Source: Pseudomonadota bacterium
Lineage (GTDB): Bacteria; Pseudomonadota; Gammaproteobacteria; Xanthomonadales; Rhodanobacteraceae
Assembly: GCA_018240505.1 (NCBI GenBank)
Contig: JAFEFQ010000234.1
Location: 6,600 to 70,599 of the forward strand
Direction: 5' to 3'
Length of the DNA stretch: 64,000 nt
Shown here: positions 1 to 10,297 of the stretch, piece by piece
How the letters are laid out: each line of letters opens with the position of its first letter
Numbering within the stretch: position 1 is the first letter of the stretch
Translations under genes and position numbers: made by a program
Notes under the pieces: model-generated
Databases searched by the model: none
Told to the model about the DNA's origin: nothing
The model's input: only the letters and a program-made list of their open reading frames with translations

Positions 1-227
1 TACTTTCATTAAGAAAATTTTATTTGCCAACTCTGCAATGGTCCTGCAACGGCCAAGGAAGTTAACTTGACTCTGCGGCCAGCCACTCGAACGGAAATTG
101 ATGCTGGCCGTGTTGGTGCTCGACCTGCGTGTCGCTTCGATTCTTCATCGAGCCAAGGCGATGCCGTGCGCAGCGGGGAGTTCGTACGTCGGTCCTATCC
201 ATCCGCTTCTCTTGAAGAAGGAATTTT

Positions 228-986
228 ATGAACGCTCACCGCTCATCGCTTTACTGTCTGATTTTCTCAGCACTGTTCGACGCGGGATATGCCCATGCTG
301 AGAAACCTGCCTTCATCGGTATTGGGTTGCTGTATGGCCTGGTATTGGTGGAGGTTATCCGGCAAATCCCAGTCCTCTGATCCAGTCAGGAACCACGGGA
401 TTAGTCAATTATTCCGGTTCGGATCAGTACTATTTTTGGTGGCAGATCGTTGGCGGCCAGCAAGATACCGTCAACCATCAAATCACCAGTCTTTCTGTCA
501 ATGCCGGCGACGAAGTGGGTGCCGTGTCCGTATGGGTACCGAGTAACGATGTAAACTCTGCGCTTGGCGTGGCGATGCTGGGTGTCTGCAATTTCACCAC
601 TGGCTCGTGTATACATTTCAACATCGCGAAGGTAGAAGAGCCCGGCAATACCACCGAATGGATCGTTGAGACCCCGGACTCCTACGGTGATCCCTATCCA
701 TTGGCCAACTACGGCATGGCAGGATTGAGGAATTCGTGCTGGGCTCCGACTACCACGCTAGTCGTCACTCACTCAGGGCGGAGTGGTTACTCCTGTGGGA
801 AGCGGTGGAGGAAGCGGCACAGTCAACTGCCAGCCCATCACTACCGGCAACTCTATGGTAGCAATCGAACTAGAGCAGGTCTATTCGAACGGCTGGCGAT
901 CGCAGTCCTTGCCTGGTCCGATCAGTACGAACGGAATGGATTTTGATGCGACCTACTTACCACTTCCAATAGGAGGTCCAGGGTAG
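228..986 (+). pseudogene. Frameshifted, internally truncated secreted G1-family glutamic peptidase (eqolisin-like)
   Basis: RBS AAGGA then ATG 228 gives a signal peptide (MNAHRSSLYCLIFSALFDAGYAHA-EK). A second frame from about 302 gives WPGIGG..LIQSGT..YYFWWQ..GDEV..NFTTG..TEWIVETP..LANYG (G1 motifs with catalytic Q and E). An ACTC duplication at 767-774 shifts to the C-terminal frame ending at 986. Confidence 0.7.
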
Positions 987-1019
987 CGCCATTTCGTCTG
1001 TAGTTGAAGGAGACCGACC

Positions 1020-3647
1020 GTGACGACAATGATTGCCTTCTTTTGTGAACTACGGCGCGCGGCGATCGCCTTTACATGGCCAGATCGAGGCGGCGCCTGT
1101 CGCCGCCTAGTCGTACCAACCGCTGCTGTCATTCTGGGCTTAACATCCAGCAGCGCGTTTGCGGCCATTCCCGCATCGGAACGCACGACGCTATCCAACC
1201 TTTACGCCTATACCGATGGGCCGACTTGGACAAACGGCACCGGATGGAATGGGCCGATCGGTACGGAATGCAACTGGTTCGGGCTCACCTGCAGTACGAA
1301 CGGCAAGAACGTCATCGCGATCGACTTGACCGGCAATACTCTGATTGGAACGCTGCCCCCTCTCTCCGCGCTATCCCAGCTTCAATCGCTCAAGCTGACC
1401 AATTCTGGGCACGCTGGAGTCAACGCACTTTGGGGCGCCATTCCGGAGCTGAAAGGGCTGCCCCATCTCCAGAAGGTTGTTTTGAGCGTTCAACATTTCA
1501 GCGGGGCCGTTCCCGAATTGGCCGGACTCTCCGAATTGACCGACTTGGAGCTTACCTATTTGTCGCTGACCGGCCCGTTGCCCCCGCTTACAGGCTTGCA
1601 TCAACTGGAGCGCCTCGACGTGCAGAACAGCCAACTTAGCGGCTCCCTGCCCTCATTTGACGACCTCGACAAGCTAATCTACCTGCGAGCGAATTCGAAT
1701 TTTTTTACCGGCAGCTTGCCTGCGCTGGACATGATGGCGAGCCTGCAAACTTTCTATCTGGACGGCAACCAACTGAGCGGCAGCGTGCCGTCATTGTCCG
1801 GCTTATCGCAATTGAAAAGTTTCCAGGTAACCGGGAACCTGCTTGACGGTACTTTGCCTGCCACGATTGCTGGATTGCCGAAACTTGAGCAATTTTCCGC
1901 AACAGGAAATTTCCTCACCGGCCAGGTACCCGTTCTTGCCGATGTGCCAAACTTGCAGCAATTCGGCGTCGGCCATAACCGACTTACCGGTCAGGTGCCA
2001 GCTCCGCCTGCGAATGCCGGTTTCAGAGAAGCACTCTGCCCGAACCCGCTAACGCCCGCCTCCGATCCGCCGACATCCCTTGACCTTGCCCTCAATCAGG
2101 CCACCGGCTCGACGCCGTGGTCCACAAGCTGCACGCAGATCCCGGTCACCAGTTCAGTGAGCGCTACCGCCTATATTGATCCTGCGACAGCCGATGGAAA
2201 AACGGTAACGGTCAAGGCCGTCGTCTACGGCAGCAATCCGGGAGGAACGGTGGCGATCACGACGCTGGGTTTTGCGATCGGTTCCGTGCCGGTCACGGTC
2301 TGCGACAATGTTCCGGTGATCGCCTCGTTCGCGACTTGCCGCTTCCAGGCGAACGCGCAGGACTGGACGGCGCAGATCGGTGTGACCTATTCGGGCGACG
2401 CGAACAACAAGCCGGCTTCCTTTGTCGTCAACAGCCGCGTCGCCACCTATCAGCTGAGTCTGACCAGCAGCCTGGCGACGGCGCAGGCCGGTCAGTCTGT
2501 GGACCTCGTGGCGAACGTGGTCGCGAAAGCTGGCACGCCTGCGCAAACCGGTATCGATCCGGCAAACACGGTCAGTTTCTACGACGGATCGACGCTGCTG
2601 TGCAGCCATGCGCCGATCGACATACTCGCCCCAGTGCAGACACCGAAAACGCAGTTGAAAACCCTTCCTGTGATCACCGCGCGCTGCTCGACCCGCTTTG
2701 ACACGCCTGGCGATCATGTGCTGACCGTGCGCTACGACAATCCGCTGGAGCTCGGCGAACCGTCGGCCCCTTTGACTCAAACCGTGGTCCCCGCCGCTGC
2801 CTTCTCCGGCGACCAGCTCGGATTGACCGGCACCTGGTACAACCCCGCCACTTCCGGGCAAGGGCTGGTGCTCGAGGTCTATCCCGACCGCGGCGGTAGC
2901 GGCATGGGCGAATTGTTCGGCGGTTGGTTCACTTTCGACAACCTCGGCAATGCGCAGTGGCGAACGCTGCAGGGCAAGATGACGGAGATACATGGATCGT
3001 CGTACGCGCTGACCATCTATCGCAGTTCAGGCGGTAACTTCAACGCGCCGCCGGTGGTGGAAGCGATTGCAGACGGCACGGCCACGTTGACGTTCCACGA
3101 CTGCACCCACGCGACTCTGAGTTACTTGCTCAACGACGGCAGTGGCGGCGTGATTCCGCAGGTGCGCCTGACTGACGTTCTGTCATGCCAGAACAACGTG
3201 CCGCCAACGAGCGGCGCACATTCGCTACCTTTCGGGTACCAAGACATACATTACTCCGGGGCATGGTACGACCCGCAGACCAGTGGCCAAGGCCTGGTGA
3301 TCGACGTCGTTCCCTCGCAGCAAATGTTGTTTGCGGCTTGGTACACCTACGCGCCACAGTCCGAAGGACAGACGGACCGAGCGAGCCAGCGCTGGTTCAC
3401 GCTGCAGGCCGGATACACGCCCGGCAGCAAGAGTGCCAAGCAAGTCCCTGTCTATGCAGTAATCGGCGGTTCGTTCAACAAGGCGACGCGGACCGCGGGC
3501 CTGCAGGTGGGTACGGCGAATATCACGTTTACTGCATGCAACGCAATGACGATTGACTATCAATTCACCCAAGGTGAATTTGCCGGAATTTCCGGATCGA
3601 TCAACGAGCAGAAAATCGTCCCGAACACCGGCGGCGCCTGTCCTTAG
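1020..3647 (+). CDS. Secreted leucine-rich-repeat protein with Ig-like domains and a duplicated C-terminal domain
   Basis: RBS AAGGAG before the GTG; signal region ending AFA-AIP; Cys cap (ECNWFGLTC); ~23-aa LRRs of the NxLsGslP type; two YSGD/SFYDG Ig-like modules; two GxWYxPxxSGQG repeats. Confidence 0.85.
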   Translation: MTTMIAFFCELRRAAIAFTWPDRGGACRRLVVPTAAVILGLTSSSAFAAIPASERTTLSNLYAYTDGPTWTNGTGWNGPIGTECNWFGLTCSTNGKNVIAIDLTGNTLIGTLPPLSALSQLQSLKLTNSGHAGVNALWGAIPELKGLPHLQKVVLSVQHFSGAVPELAGLSELTDLELTYLSLTGPLPPLTGLHQLERLDVQNSQLSGSLPSFDDLDKLIYLRANSNFFTGSLPALDMMASLQTFYLDGNQLSGSVPSLSGLSQLKSFQVTGNLLDGTLPATIAGLPKLEQFSATGNFLTGQVPVLADVPNLQQFGVGHNRLTGQVPAPPANAGFREALCPNPLTPASDPPTSLDLALNQATGSTPWSTSCTQIPVTSSVSATAYIDPATADGKTVTVKAVVYGSNPGGTVAITTLGFAIGSVPVTVCDNVPVIASFATCRFQANAQDWTAQIGVTYSGDANNKPASFVVNSRVATYQLSLTSSLATAQAGQSVDLVANVVAKAGTPAQTGIDPANTVSFYDGSTLLCSHAPIDILAPVQTPKTQLKTLPVITARCSTRFDTPGDHVLTVRYDNPLELGEPSAPLTQTVVPAAAFSGDQLGLTGTWYNPATSGQGLVLEVYPDRGGSGMGELFGGWFTFDNLGNAQWRTLQGKMTEIHGSSYALTIYRSSGGNFNAPPVVEAIADGTATLTFHDCTHATLSYLLNDGSGGVIPQVRLTDVLSCQNNVPPTSGAHSLPFGYQDIHYSGAWYDPQTSGQGLVIDVVPSQQMLFAAWYTYAPQSEGQTDRASQRWFTLQAGYTPGSKSAKQVPVYAVIGGSFNKATRTAGLQVGTANITFTACNAMTIDYQFTQGEFAGISGSINEQKIVPNTGGACP

Positions 3648-3653
3648 GTGCCG

Positions 3654-3687
3654 TTGCCGCCGCGTGGCTCTGGACACGCGGCGGCAA
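3654..3687. repeat. 13-bp inverted repeat just after the LRR gene (terminator- or REP-like)
   Basis: TTGCCGCCGCGTG-N8-CACGCGGCGGCAA, no U-tract. Confidence 0.6.
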
Positions 3688-3981
3688 TCCCCGTAATCTG
3701 TCATCCAAAGCGCAGGCCAGCCCACACGCGTCGCGAGCCGCGATGTAGAACAAGACCCGCCCGCGCAGTTCTCTTGGGAATCGCCTCCCGCGCACGCCCG
3801 ATGCGAATCGGCCGTTGCGACCGGGACGTCGTCCGCGTATCCGCCATGCCGCAGTTCCAGGCGTTGCCGCAGCGGTGCGCAGGTATGTATTTTCGTATTA
3901 CTGACCTTTGGCGTATGCACAACGCTTTGTCCTTCGGGAGCCGCGCCGGATGCGGCAACCACGCATGATCGAATCGCGCAC

Positions 3982-4836
3982 ATGAACACGCAGAACGCCG
4001 CCGCAACGAGCGACGGCGAACAGGCCAGCCCGTTTCCGCACGTTCCGCAGCAGCAGGAAATGCCGCTGGCGATCGTGCGCGGCGAGCCGGTGCTGCAGAT
4101 GCCGCAGGACCTCTACATCCCGCCCGACGCGCTCGAAGTCATCCTCGAGGCGTTCGAGGGCCCGCTCGACCTGCTGCTCTACCTGATCCGCCGGCAGAAT
4201 CTCGACATCCTCGACATCCCGATCGCCGAAATCACGCGCCAGTACATCGACTACATCGAGTTGATGAAGGACTTGCGCCTCGAACTCGCGGCCGAATACC
4301 TGGTCATGGCCGCGATCCTCGCCGAGATCAAGTCGCGCCTGCTGCTGCCGCGGCCGCCGGCCGAGGAAGGCGTCGAGGACGATCCGCGCGCCGACCTCGT
4401 GCGCCGCCTGCAGGAATACGAGCGCTTCAAGAAGGCCGCCGAGGACATCGAGACGATGCCCCGCGCGGACAGGGACTTCTCGGTGGTACATGCGCACGTG
4501 CCCGACAAGAGCGTCGTGCGCGTGCCGCCGCCGGTGGACATGCGCGAGTTGTTGCTCGCGCTCAAGGACGTGCTGACCCGCGCGGAACTGAAGGGCCATC
4601 ACGAGATCCGCCGCGAGGCGCTGTCGGTGCGCAACCGCATGAGCGATGTGCTCAGCGCGCTCGGCGACGGCAGCTTCCATTCGTTCCAGTCGCTGTTCAA
4701 TCCCGACGAAGGCCGCATCGGCATCGTCGTCACGTTTCTCGCCATGCTCGAACTGGCCAAGGAACACCTGATCGAGATCATGCAGAGCGAGCCGCTGGCG
4801 CCGATCTATTTGAAATCGCTCGCCACGGCGAATTGA
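3982..4836 (+). CDS. scpA: Segregation and condensation protein A
   Basis: FEGPLDLLLYLIRR, AAEYLVMAA..IKSRLLLP and VVTFLAMLEL motifs. Confidence 0.96.
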   Translation: MNTQNAAATSDGEQASPFPHVPQQQEMPLAIVRGEPVLQMPQDLYIPPDALEVILEAFEGPLDLLLYLIRRQNLDILDIPIAEITRQYIDYIELMKDLRLELAAEYLVMAAILAEIKSRLLLPRPPAEEGVEDDPRADLVRRLQEYERFKKAAEDIETMPRADRDFSVVHAHVPDKSVVRVPPPVDMRELLLALKDVLTRAELKGHHEIRREALSVRNRMSDVLSALGDGSFHSFQSLFNPDEGRIGIVVTFLAMLELAKEHLIEIMQSEPLAPIYLKSLATAN

Positions 4837-4864
4837 TTGCATGTTGTACGTGAACTTGACGTCT

Positions 4865-5668
4865 ATGATGGAATTCGAACAACTCAAACGCATCGTCGAA
4901 GCCGCCCTGCTCGCTTCGTCGACGCCGCTGTCGCTGCCGCAACTGTTCACCCTGTTCGGCGAAGACGAGCAGCCGAGCCACGACGACCTCGCGCGCGCAC
5001 TCGACGAACTGGCGCGCGACAGCGAAGGCCGGGGCATCGAACTGAAAGAGGTCGCCTCGGGCTTCCGCTACCAGGTGCGCGCCGAGGTGAACCCGTGGGT
5101 CTCGCGCCTGTGGACCGAGCGGCAGACGCGCTACTCGCGCGCGCAGCTCGAAACGCTGGCCCTGATCGCCTACCGCCAGCCGATCACGCGCGGCGAGATC
5201 GAGAACATCCGCGGCGTGGCGGTGTCGAGCAATATCATCAAGACGCTGGAAGAGCGCGAATGGATCCGAACGGTCGGCCATCGCGACGTACCCGGCAAGC
5301 CGGAGCTGTTCGGCACGACGCGCGCCTTCCTCGACTATTTCAACCTGAAGTCACTCGACGAATTGCCGCCGCTGGCCGAGATCCGCGATCTGTCGGATTT
5401 CGATCCGCAACTCGGGCTGGCGCCGGTCGCGATCGGCGACGCGGCGGGCGAAGCCGGCATCAACGGCAATGACGCCACGATGGTGGCGGAAAACGCGGAA
5501 GCTCACGCCGGATCGCCCGTCGATTCCACCGGCGAATCCGCGCCGCGCGAAGCGATCGAAGCGCACGCAACGACCACAACCATCCCGGAACACGGTCCCG
5601 CCGACGACGGCGACACCACGACAACGAGCGCCGACCCGGCGCCTGCCCCCACGGAGCACACCCCATGA
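4865..5668 (+). CDS. scpB: SMC-Scp complex subunit ScpB
   Basis: LETLALIAYRQPITRGEIE.IRGV, GTT..FLDYFNL; follows scpA; start placed at MMEFEQ. Confidence 0.95.
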   Translation: MMEFEQLKRIVEAALLASSTPLSLPQLFTLFGEDEQPSHDDLARALDELARDSEGRGIELKEVASGFRYQVRAEVNPWVSRLWTERQTRYSRAQLETLALIAYRQPITRGEIENIRGVAVSSNIIKTLEEREWIRTVGHRDVPGKPELFGTTRAFLDYFNLKSLDELPPLAEIRDLSDFDPQLGLAPVAIGDAAGEAGINGNDATMVAENAEAHAGSPVDSTGESAPREAIEAHATTTTIPEHGPADDGDTTTTSADPAPAPTEHTP

Positions 5669-7152
5669 CCGCGCCTGCATCACGCAGCCTGCTCAGCCTC
5701 AAACGCCCGCAACCGGGCGACGCGCCCGACGGCGCACCGATCTTCGAAGACCGCCTGCACAAGGTACTCGCCAACGCGGGCTTGGGCTCACGGCGCATGC
5801 TCGAGCAGCGCATCCAGAACGGCGAGATCCGCGTCAACACCAAGGTCGCCGAAATCGGCTCCAGCGTGCGCGCCGGCGATCGCATCGAGATCGACAACAA
5901 GATCTTCGTCGTCGTCAACGACACGGCCGAGCATGCCAAGGTCCTGATCTACAACAAGCCCGAAGGCGTCGTCGCCACGCGCGAGGACCCCGAAGGCCGG
6001 CCGACGATCTTCGAGCAGCTGCCGCAGATCAAGGGCGCGCGCTGGATCTCGGTCGGCCGCCTCGACATCAACACCACCGGCCTGCTCCTGCTCACGACCG
6101 ACGGCGCGCTCGCGCACGCGCTGATGCACCCGTCGACCGAGATCGAGCGCGAATACGTCTGCCGCGTGCACGGCGAAGTGCCGGACGAGGTGCTGGAAAA
6201 GCTCAAGGCCGGCATCGACCTCGACGACGGCCCGGCGCGTTTCGACGAGCTCGCCGTGATCAGCCGCGGCGACAGCCACTCCTGGTTCCGCGTGATGCTC
6301 AAGGAAGGCCGCAACCGCGAAGTGCGGCGCATGTGGGAATCGCAGGGGCTGATGGTCAGCCGCCTCAAGCGCATCCGCTACGGCAATGTCGAACTGCCGC
6401 GCGGCCTCCTGCGCGGGCAGAGCGAAACGCTCGATGAGGACACGGTGAAGGCGCTGCGCAGCCTCGTCGGCGCCGGCGATCCGGAGCCGTCGCTGACCCT
6501 GCAGCCGGTGATCAACCAGCGCCGGGCGAAGTCGTCGAACGAATACCGGCCATCGCCGCAGTCGCAGCAGGCCTGGAGCGGCGCGCACGCCGACGAGGCG
6601 CGCGAGCTGCGCGCCTTCGACCGCATCCGCGACGATGGCCCGTTCCGCCCCGGCGCCAAGCGCAACGACAAACGCAAAAACAAGGGCAAAGGCCCCGGCA
6701 AGGGGCCGCGCGGCGGCGGCCAGAACGCCGGCCAGCCCGGCGCGCGCCAGAATCCGCCACGCCGCGGCAAGGGTCGCGGCGCAGGCCAGACGCAGATCGG
6801 CGTCTACCAGCCGCCCGCGCGCAGCTGGTTTGCCGGCGACGACAAGCCGCAGCGCGGCAACCGCCAACGTCCGGGCGGGCAAGGCCAGAACGCGGGCCGC
6901 GGCCAGCGCGACGCCGGTGCGATGCACCAGAATCGCAATCCGTTCGCGCAGAGCGAGGGCGGCGCGCAGCCCGGCAACCGCTTCAAGCCGAAGCGCGACA
7001 ACAACCGTCCGCGCGGCGGCAATCAGGGCAACTTCGGTGCGCAGGGCCAGCGCCCGTTCCGCCAGGACGAAGCCTTGCCGCGCGATGATATCGGCAACCG
7101 CCTGCATCCCTCCGAGGGACGGCGCGGCGGTGGCGGCGGTCGCCGGCGCTGA
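5665..7152 (+). CDS. rluB: 23S rRNA pseudouridine synthase RluB with long low-complexity C-terminal tail
   Basis: S4 domain, YNKPEG, GRLDINTTGLLLLT, EGRNREVRR; scpAB-rluB order. Confidence 0.92.
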   Translation: MTAPASRSLLSLKRPQPGDAPDGAPIFEDRLHKVLANAGLGSRRMLEQRIQNGEIRVNTKVAEIGSSVRAGDRIEIDNKIFVVVNDTAEHAKVLIYNKPEGVVATREDPEGRPTIFEQLPQIKGARWISVGRLDINTTGLLLLTTDGALAHALMHPSTEIEREYVCRVHGEVPDEVLEKLKAGIDLDDGPARFDELAVISRGDSHSWFRVMLKEGRNREVRRMWESQGLMVSRLKRIRYGNVELPRGLLRGQSETLDEDTVKALRSLVGAGDPEPSLTLQPVINQRRAKSSNEYRPSPQSQQAWSGAHADEARELRAFDRIRDDGPFRPGAKRNDKRKNKGKGPGKGPRGGGQNAGQPGARQNPPRRGKGRGAGQTQIGVYQPPARSWFAGDDKPQRGNRQRPGGQGQNAGRGQRDAGAMHQNRNPFAQSEGGAQPGNRFKPKRDNNRPRGGNQGNFGAQGQRPFRQDEALPRDDIGNRLHPSEGRRGGGGGRRR

Positions 7153-7163
7153 TCGCAGGCACG

Positions 7164-7194
7164 AAAAAAGCGGCCCTTGCGGCCGCTTTTTTTT
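7164..7194. terminator. Bidirectional intrinsic terminator
   Basis: AAAAAAGCGGCC-CTTGC-GGCCGCTTTTTTTT between convergent genes. Confidence 0.9.
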
Positions 7195-7255
7195 CGTTGC
7201 GCGACCGACTCGATCGCGACGCTGGAATGGCCTTCCGTGGCCCGTTCTCGTCGAA

Positions 7256-7975
7256 CTAATCCAGCTTCAGGGCTTTCTTGTTGCTGTCGCGGCGATGCTG
7301 TTCCTTGCCGCGGTATTCGGCGACGCAACTGTCGCGCTTGACCATGACGCAGTCGAGATAGTCGGTGATCTCGACCAGCGCGGCGCGGATCGCCTTGCCC
7401 GCCGGGGTCTTCTCTTCGTGCGCGAGCGAGCCGCCGAAGCCGCCGCGGAAGATGCCGACCGACATGCCGCCGCCCTTGCTGCGGCCCTCGATCGTGCGCG
7501 AATACGCGATGTCGCCGGTGGTCGTGTCGACCACGCGCACATCGACGGCGAGATAGGCCTCGCTCGACTTGCCGCCGAGGCCGATGCCGTGGAAGCTCAG
7601 CCCGCCGCCGGTATCTGAGGTGTTTTCCTCGTACGAGGTCACCGTGCCCATGACCAGGTACTGCGCGCCGGTCACCTTGCCGATCTTCGCGCCCGTACCC
7701 GGGGCGATGCGGCCGGACGCGGCGAGGTTCTGCTCCTCGAGCACGTTCTGCAGCTTGTTGCGCTCGACGACGCGGAAATCGCCGCTCGACGCCAGCTCGT
7801 TCGAGAGCATGCCCGACAGTTCCCAACCCACGCCGCCGCGCCACCAGCCGGCGCCGGACTCGTTCTTGAACTCGGCCACGCCGATCGCCGGGCGGCCATC
7901 GCCCGCGGCGAACGCGCTGCCTGCGCCGACGAGACCGGTAAGCGAGATCGCTGCGGCCAAAACGTACTTCTTCAT
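7256..7975 (-). CDS. CsgG/HfaB-family exported protein
   Basis: Signal peptide MKKYVLAAA..AFA; FRVVER..L..VLEEQNL..SG and GAQYLVMGTVTSY motifs. Confidence 0.8.
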   Translation of the reverse strand: MKKYVLAAAISLTGLVGAGSAFAAGDGRPAIGVAEFKNESGAGWWRGGVGWELSGMLSNELASSGDFRVVERNKLQNVLEEQNLAASGRIAPGTGAKIGKVTGAQYLVMGTVTSYEENTSDTGGGLSFHGIGLGGKSSEAYLAVDVRVVDTTTGDIAYSRTIEGRSKGGGMSVGIFRGGFGGSLAHEEKTPAGKAIRAALVEITDYLDCVMVKRDSCVAEYRGKEQHRRDSNKKALKLD

Positions 7976-8073
7976 TGCACTCTCCCTGCAGTGGTTGATT
8001 TGAATGAGGGGCATTCTAGTCGCGCGCCATTACGCATACCAGCGCACAATTCACGCGCAAGCCGCCAACCGCA

Positions 8074-9705
8074 TCACGGTTTTTCTCCGCCCCGATTCGC
8101 CCGGTAACGCCGGATCAGCGCGTTGGTCGACGAATCGTGCGCCAGGCCGGAATCGTCCGCAGCAGCAATTTCCTTGCCGATATTCTGCGCGAGCTGCTTG
8201 CCGAGTTCGACACCCCACTGGTCGAACGAGTCGATGTCCCAGATCGCGCCCTGGACGAAGGTGATGTGCTCGTACAGCGCGATCAGCGCGCCGAGGCTGT
8301 GCGGGGTCAATGCCTGTGCGAGCAAGGTGTTGCTCGGCCGGTTGCCGTCGAACACGCGATGCGGGACCAGCCACTCCGGCGTACCCTCGGCGCGCACCTG
8401 TTCGGCGGTCTTGCCGAACGCGAGCGCCTCACTCTGCGCGAACAGGTTGGCCATCAGCAGGTCGTGCTGCTCGTGCAGCGGGCTCAACGGCTCGACGAAG
8501 CCGATGAAGTCGCACGGGATCAGGCGCGTGCCCTGGTGGATCAGCTGGTAGAACGAATGCTGGCCGTTCGTGCCGGGCTCGCCCCACCACACGGCCGAGG
8601 TATCGTGATCGACGCGCGCGCCTTCCAGCGTCACCGACTTGCCGTTGCTCTCCATCGTCAGTTGCTGCAGGTAAGCGGGAAAGCGCTTGAGGTAGTTCGC
8701 GTAAGGCAGCACCGCCTGCGTCGCCGCGCCGAGGAAGTTGGTGTTCCACAGGCCGATCAGCGCCATCAGCACGGGCATGTTCTGCGCGAACGGCGCCGTG
8801 CGGAAATGCTCGTCCATCTCGTGGAAGCCGGCGAGCATCGCGCGGAAGTGGTCGGGACCGATCGCGAGCATCGTCGACAGACCGATCGCCGAATCCATCG
8901 AGTAGCGGCCGCCGACCCAGTCCCAGAAGCCGAACATGTTGGCCGTGTCGATGCCGAACTCGGCGACTTTTTCCGCGTTGGTCGAGACGGCGACGAAATG
9001 CTTCGCCACCGCGGCTTCGTCCTCGAGCTTGGCCAGCGCCCAGGCGCGCGCGGCGCGCGCGTTGGCCATCGTCTCCTGCGTCGTGAACGTTTTCGAGGCG
9101 ACGATGAACAGCGTCTCCTCCGGTTTCAGGTCGCGCGTCGCCTCGAAGAAGTCGGCGCCGTCGACGTTGGAAACGAAGCGGCAGTCGAGATTGCGCTGGG
9201 CGAAGGCGCGCAACGCCTCGTGCGCCATCACCGGGCCGAGGTCGGAGCCACCGATGCCGATGTTGACGACATGGCGGATGCGCTTGCCGGTATGGCCTTT
9301 CCACTCGCCTTCGCGCACGCGCGTCGCGAACGCGGCCATGCGCTCGAGCACCTCGTTCACGCCGGGCACGACGTCTTCGCCATCGACTTCGATGCGTTGA
9401 TCCTTCGGCGCGCGCAGGGCGATGTGCAGCACGGCGCGCTTTTCGGTCACGTTGATCTTCTCGCCGCGCCACATCGCGTCGCGCCGGGCGGCGACGCCCG
9501 CGTCTTCGGCGAGCTGCAACAGCAGGCGCAAGGTTTCTTCGTCGACCCGCTGCTTGGAGTAGTCGAGATACCAGCCCGCGGCTTCGAGCGCATACTTCTC
9601 ACCACGCTGCGGATTCGTGCCGAACAGGTTGCGCAGATGCGCGTCGCGTGCGCGCCAGTGCGCGGCGAGCGAGCGCCAGATGGGACGTTCAGTCAGCTTG
9701 GGCAT
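8074..9705 (-). CDS. pgi: Glucose-6-phosphate isomerase
   Basis: [46 protein letters not shown]. Confidence 0.98.
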   Translation of the reverse strand: MPKLTERPIWRSLAAHWRARDAHLRNLFGTNPQRGEKYALEAAGWYLDYSKQRVDEETLRLLLQLAEDAGVAARRDAMWRGEKINVTEKRAVLHIALRAPKDQRIEVDGEDVVPGVNEVLERMAAFATRVREGEWKGHTGKRIRHVVNIGIGGSDLGPVMAHEALRAFAQRNLDCRFVSNVDGADFFEATRDLKPEETLFIVASKTFTTQETMANARAARAWALAKLEDEAAVAKHFVAVSTNAEKVAEFGIDTANMFGFWDWVGGRYSMDSAIGLSTMLAIGPDHFRAMLAGFHEMDEHFRTAPFAQNMPVLMALIGLWNTNFLGAATQAVLPYANYLKRFPAYLQQLTMESNGKSVTLEGARVDHDTSAVWWGEPGTNGQHSFYQLIHQGTRLIPCDFIGFVEPLSPLHEQHDLLMANLFAQSEALAFGKTAEQVRAEGTPEWLVPHRVFDGNRPSNTLLAQALTPHSLGALIALYEHITFVQGAIWDIDSFDQWGVELGKQLAQNIGKEIAAADDSGLAHDSSTNALIRRYRANRGGEKP

Positions 9706-9757
9706 GTCGGGTTCCGCGTAGCGTGGCAATCACGGCCCGCGTTGCGACGGGCCGCGG

Positions 9758-10237
9758 CTATTGTCGCGTTTCCGCGCCTTCGGCGAAAGCCACGAGCGTG
9801 CCGCGCGAATGCCCCTGCTCGGCGAGATACTCGAGCCAGCGGTTGAGGAAGCTCGCCATGCGCATGCGGTGCGCGAACAAGGTCTTGGTCGCGGGGAACG
9901 AACCGAGCGCGTGCCACAGGTGCTTGCCCGCATGATAGTGCGAGACCTCGGCGACATGCGCGTCGCTGTACATGCGCAACCAGGCCGACGCCGGCGCTTC
10001 CTCGCCCGCGTCGAGCATGCGGTACGAGAGTTTCAACTCGAGCGTGTAGGCGTGACGCTCGAGCACGTCGAGCTGCACGTCGAGACCATCGTCGACCGAC
10101 GACAGATAGCTGCCGACTGCAAGCGACTGCGGCGCGAAGACGCGCGCGAGGCGGTGATAGTTTTCCGCGTACAAGCCCATCAGGTAGGCGAACCTGCTCG
10201 GCAGTACCGGTTGCGCTTGTTCGATGACGAGTGACAT
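9758..10237 (-). CDS. DUF1249 (YqiB-like) protein
   Basis: LMGLYAENY..L, YT.EL.L.Y, R.Y.DA..AEV, FL..WL.YL...GH. Confidence 0.85.
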   Translation of the reverse strand: MSLVIEQAQPVLPSRFAYLMGLYAENYHRLARVFAPQSLAVGSYLSSVDDGLDVQLDVLERHAYTLELKLSYRMLDAGEEAPASAWLRMYSDAHVAEVSHYHAGKHLWHALGSFPATKTLFAHRMRMASFLNRWLEYLAEQGHSRGTLVAFAEGAETRQ

Positions 10238-10297
10238 GCGGGCATCATATGCGCCGCCACCCCGCCCCGCCAGACTTGCGCCGGCGTCATGCAGGGT

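Noticed and set aside
1-9. Possible minus-strand start (ATGAAAGTA) running off the left edge
   Set aside because: Too little sequence to support a call.
3690-3981. Possible structured leader or ORFs upstream of scpA
   Set aside because: The ORFs look non-coding, and I could not match a known RNA motif.
6640-7152. G/R/Q/N-rich tail of RluB
   Set aside because: Long disordered tails are common in RluB proteins.
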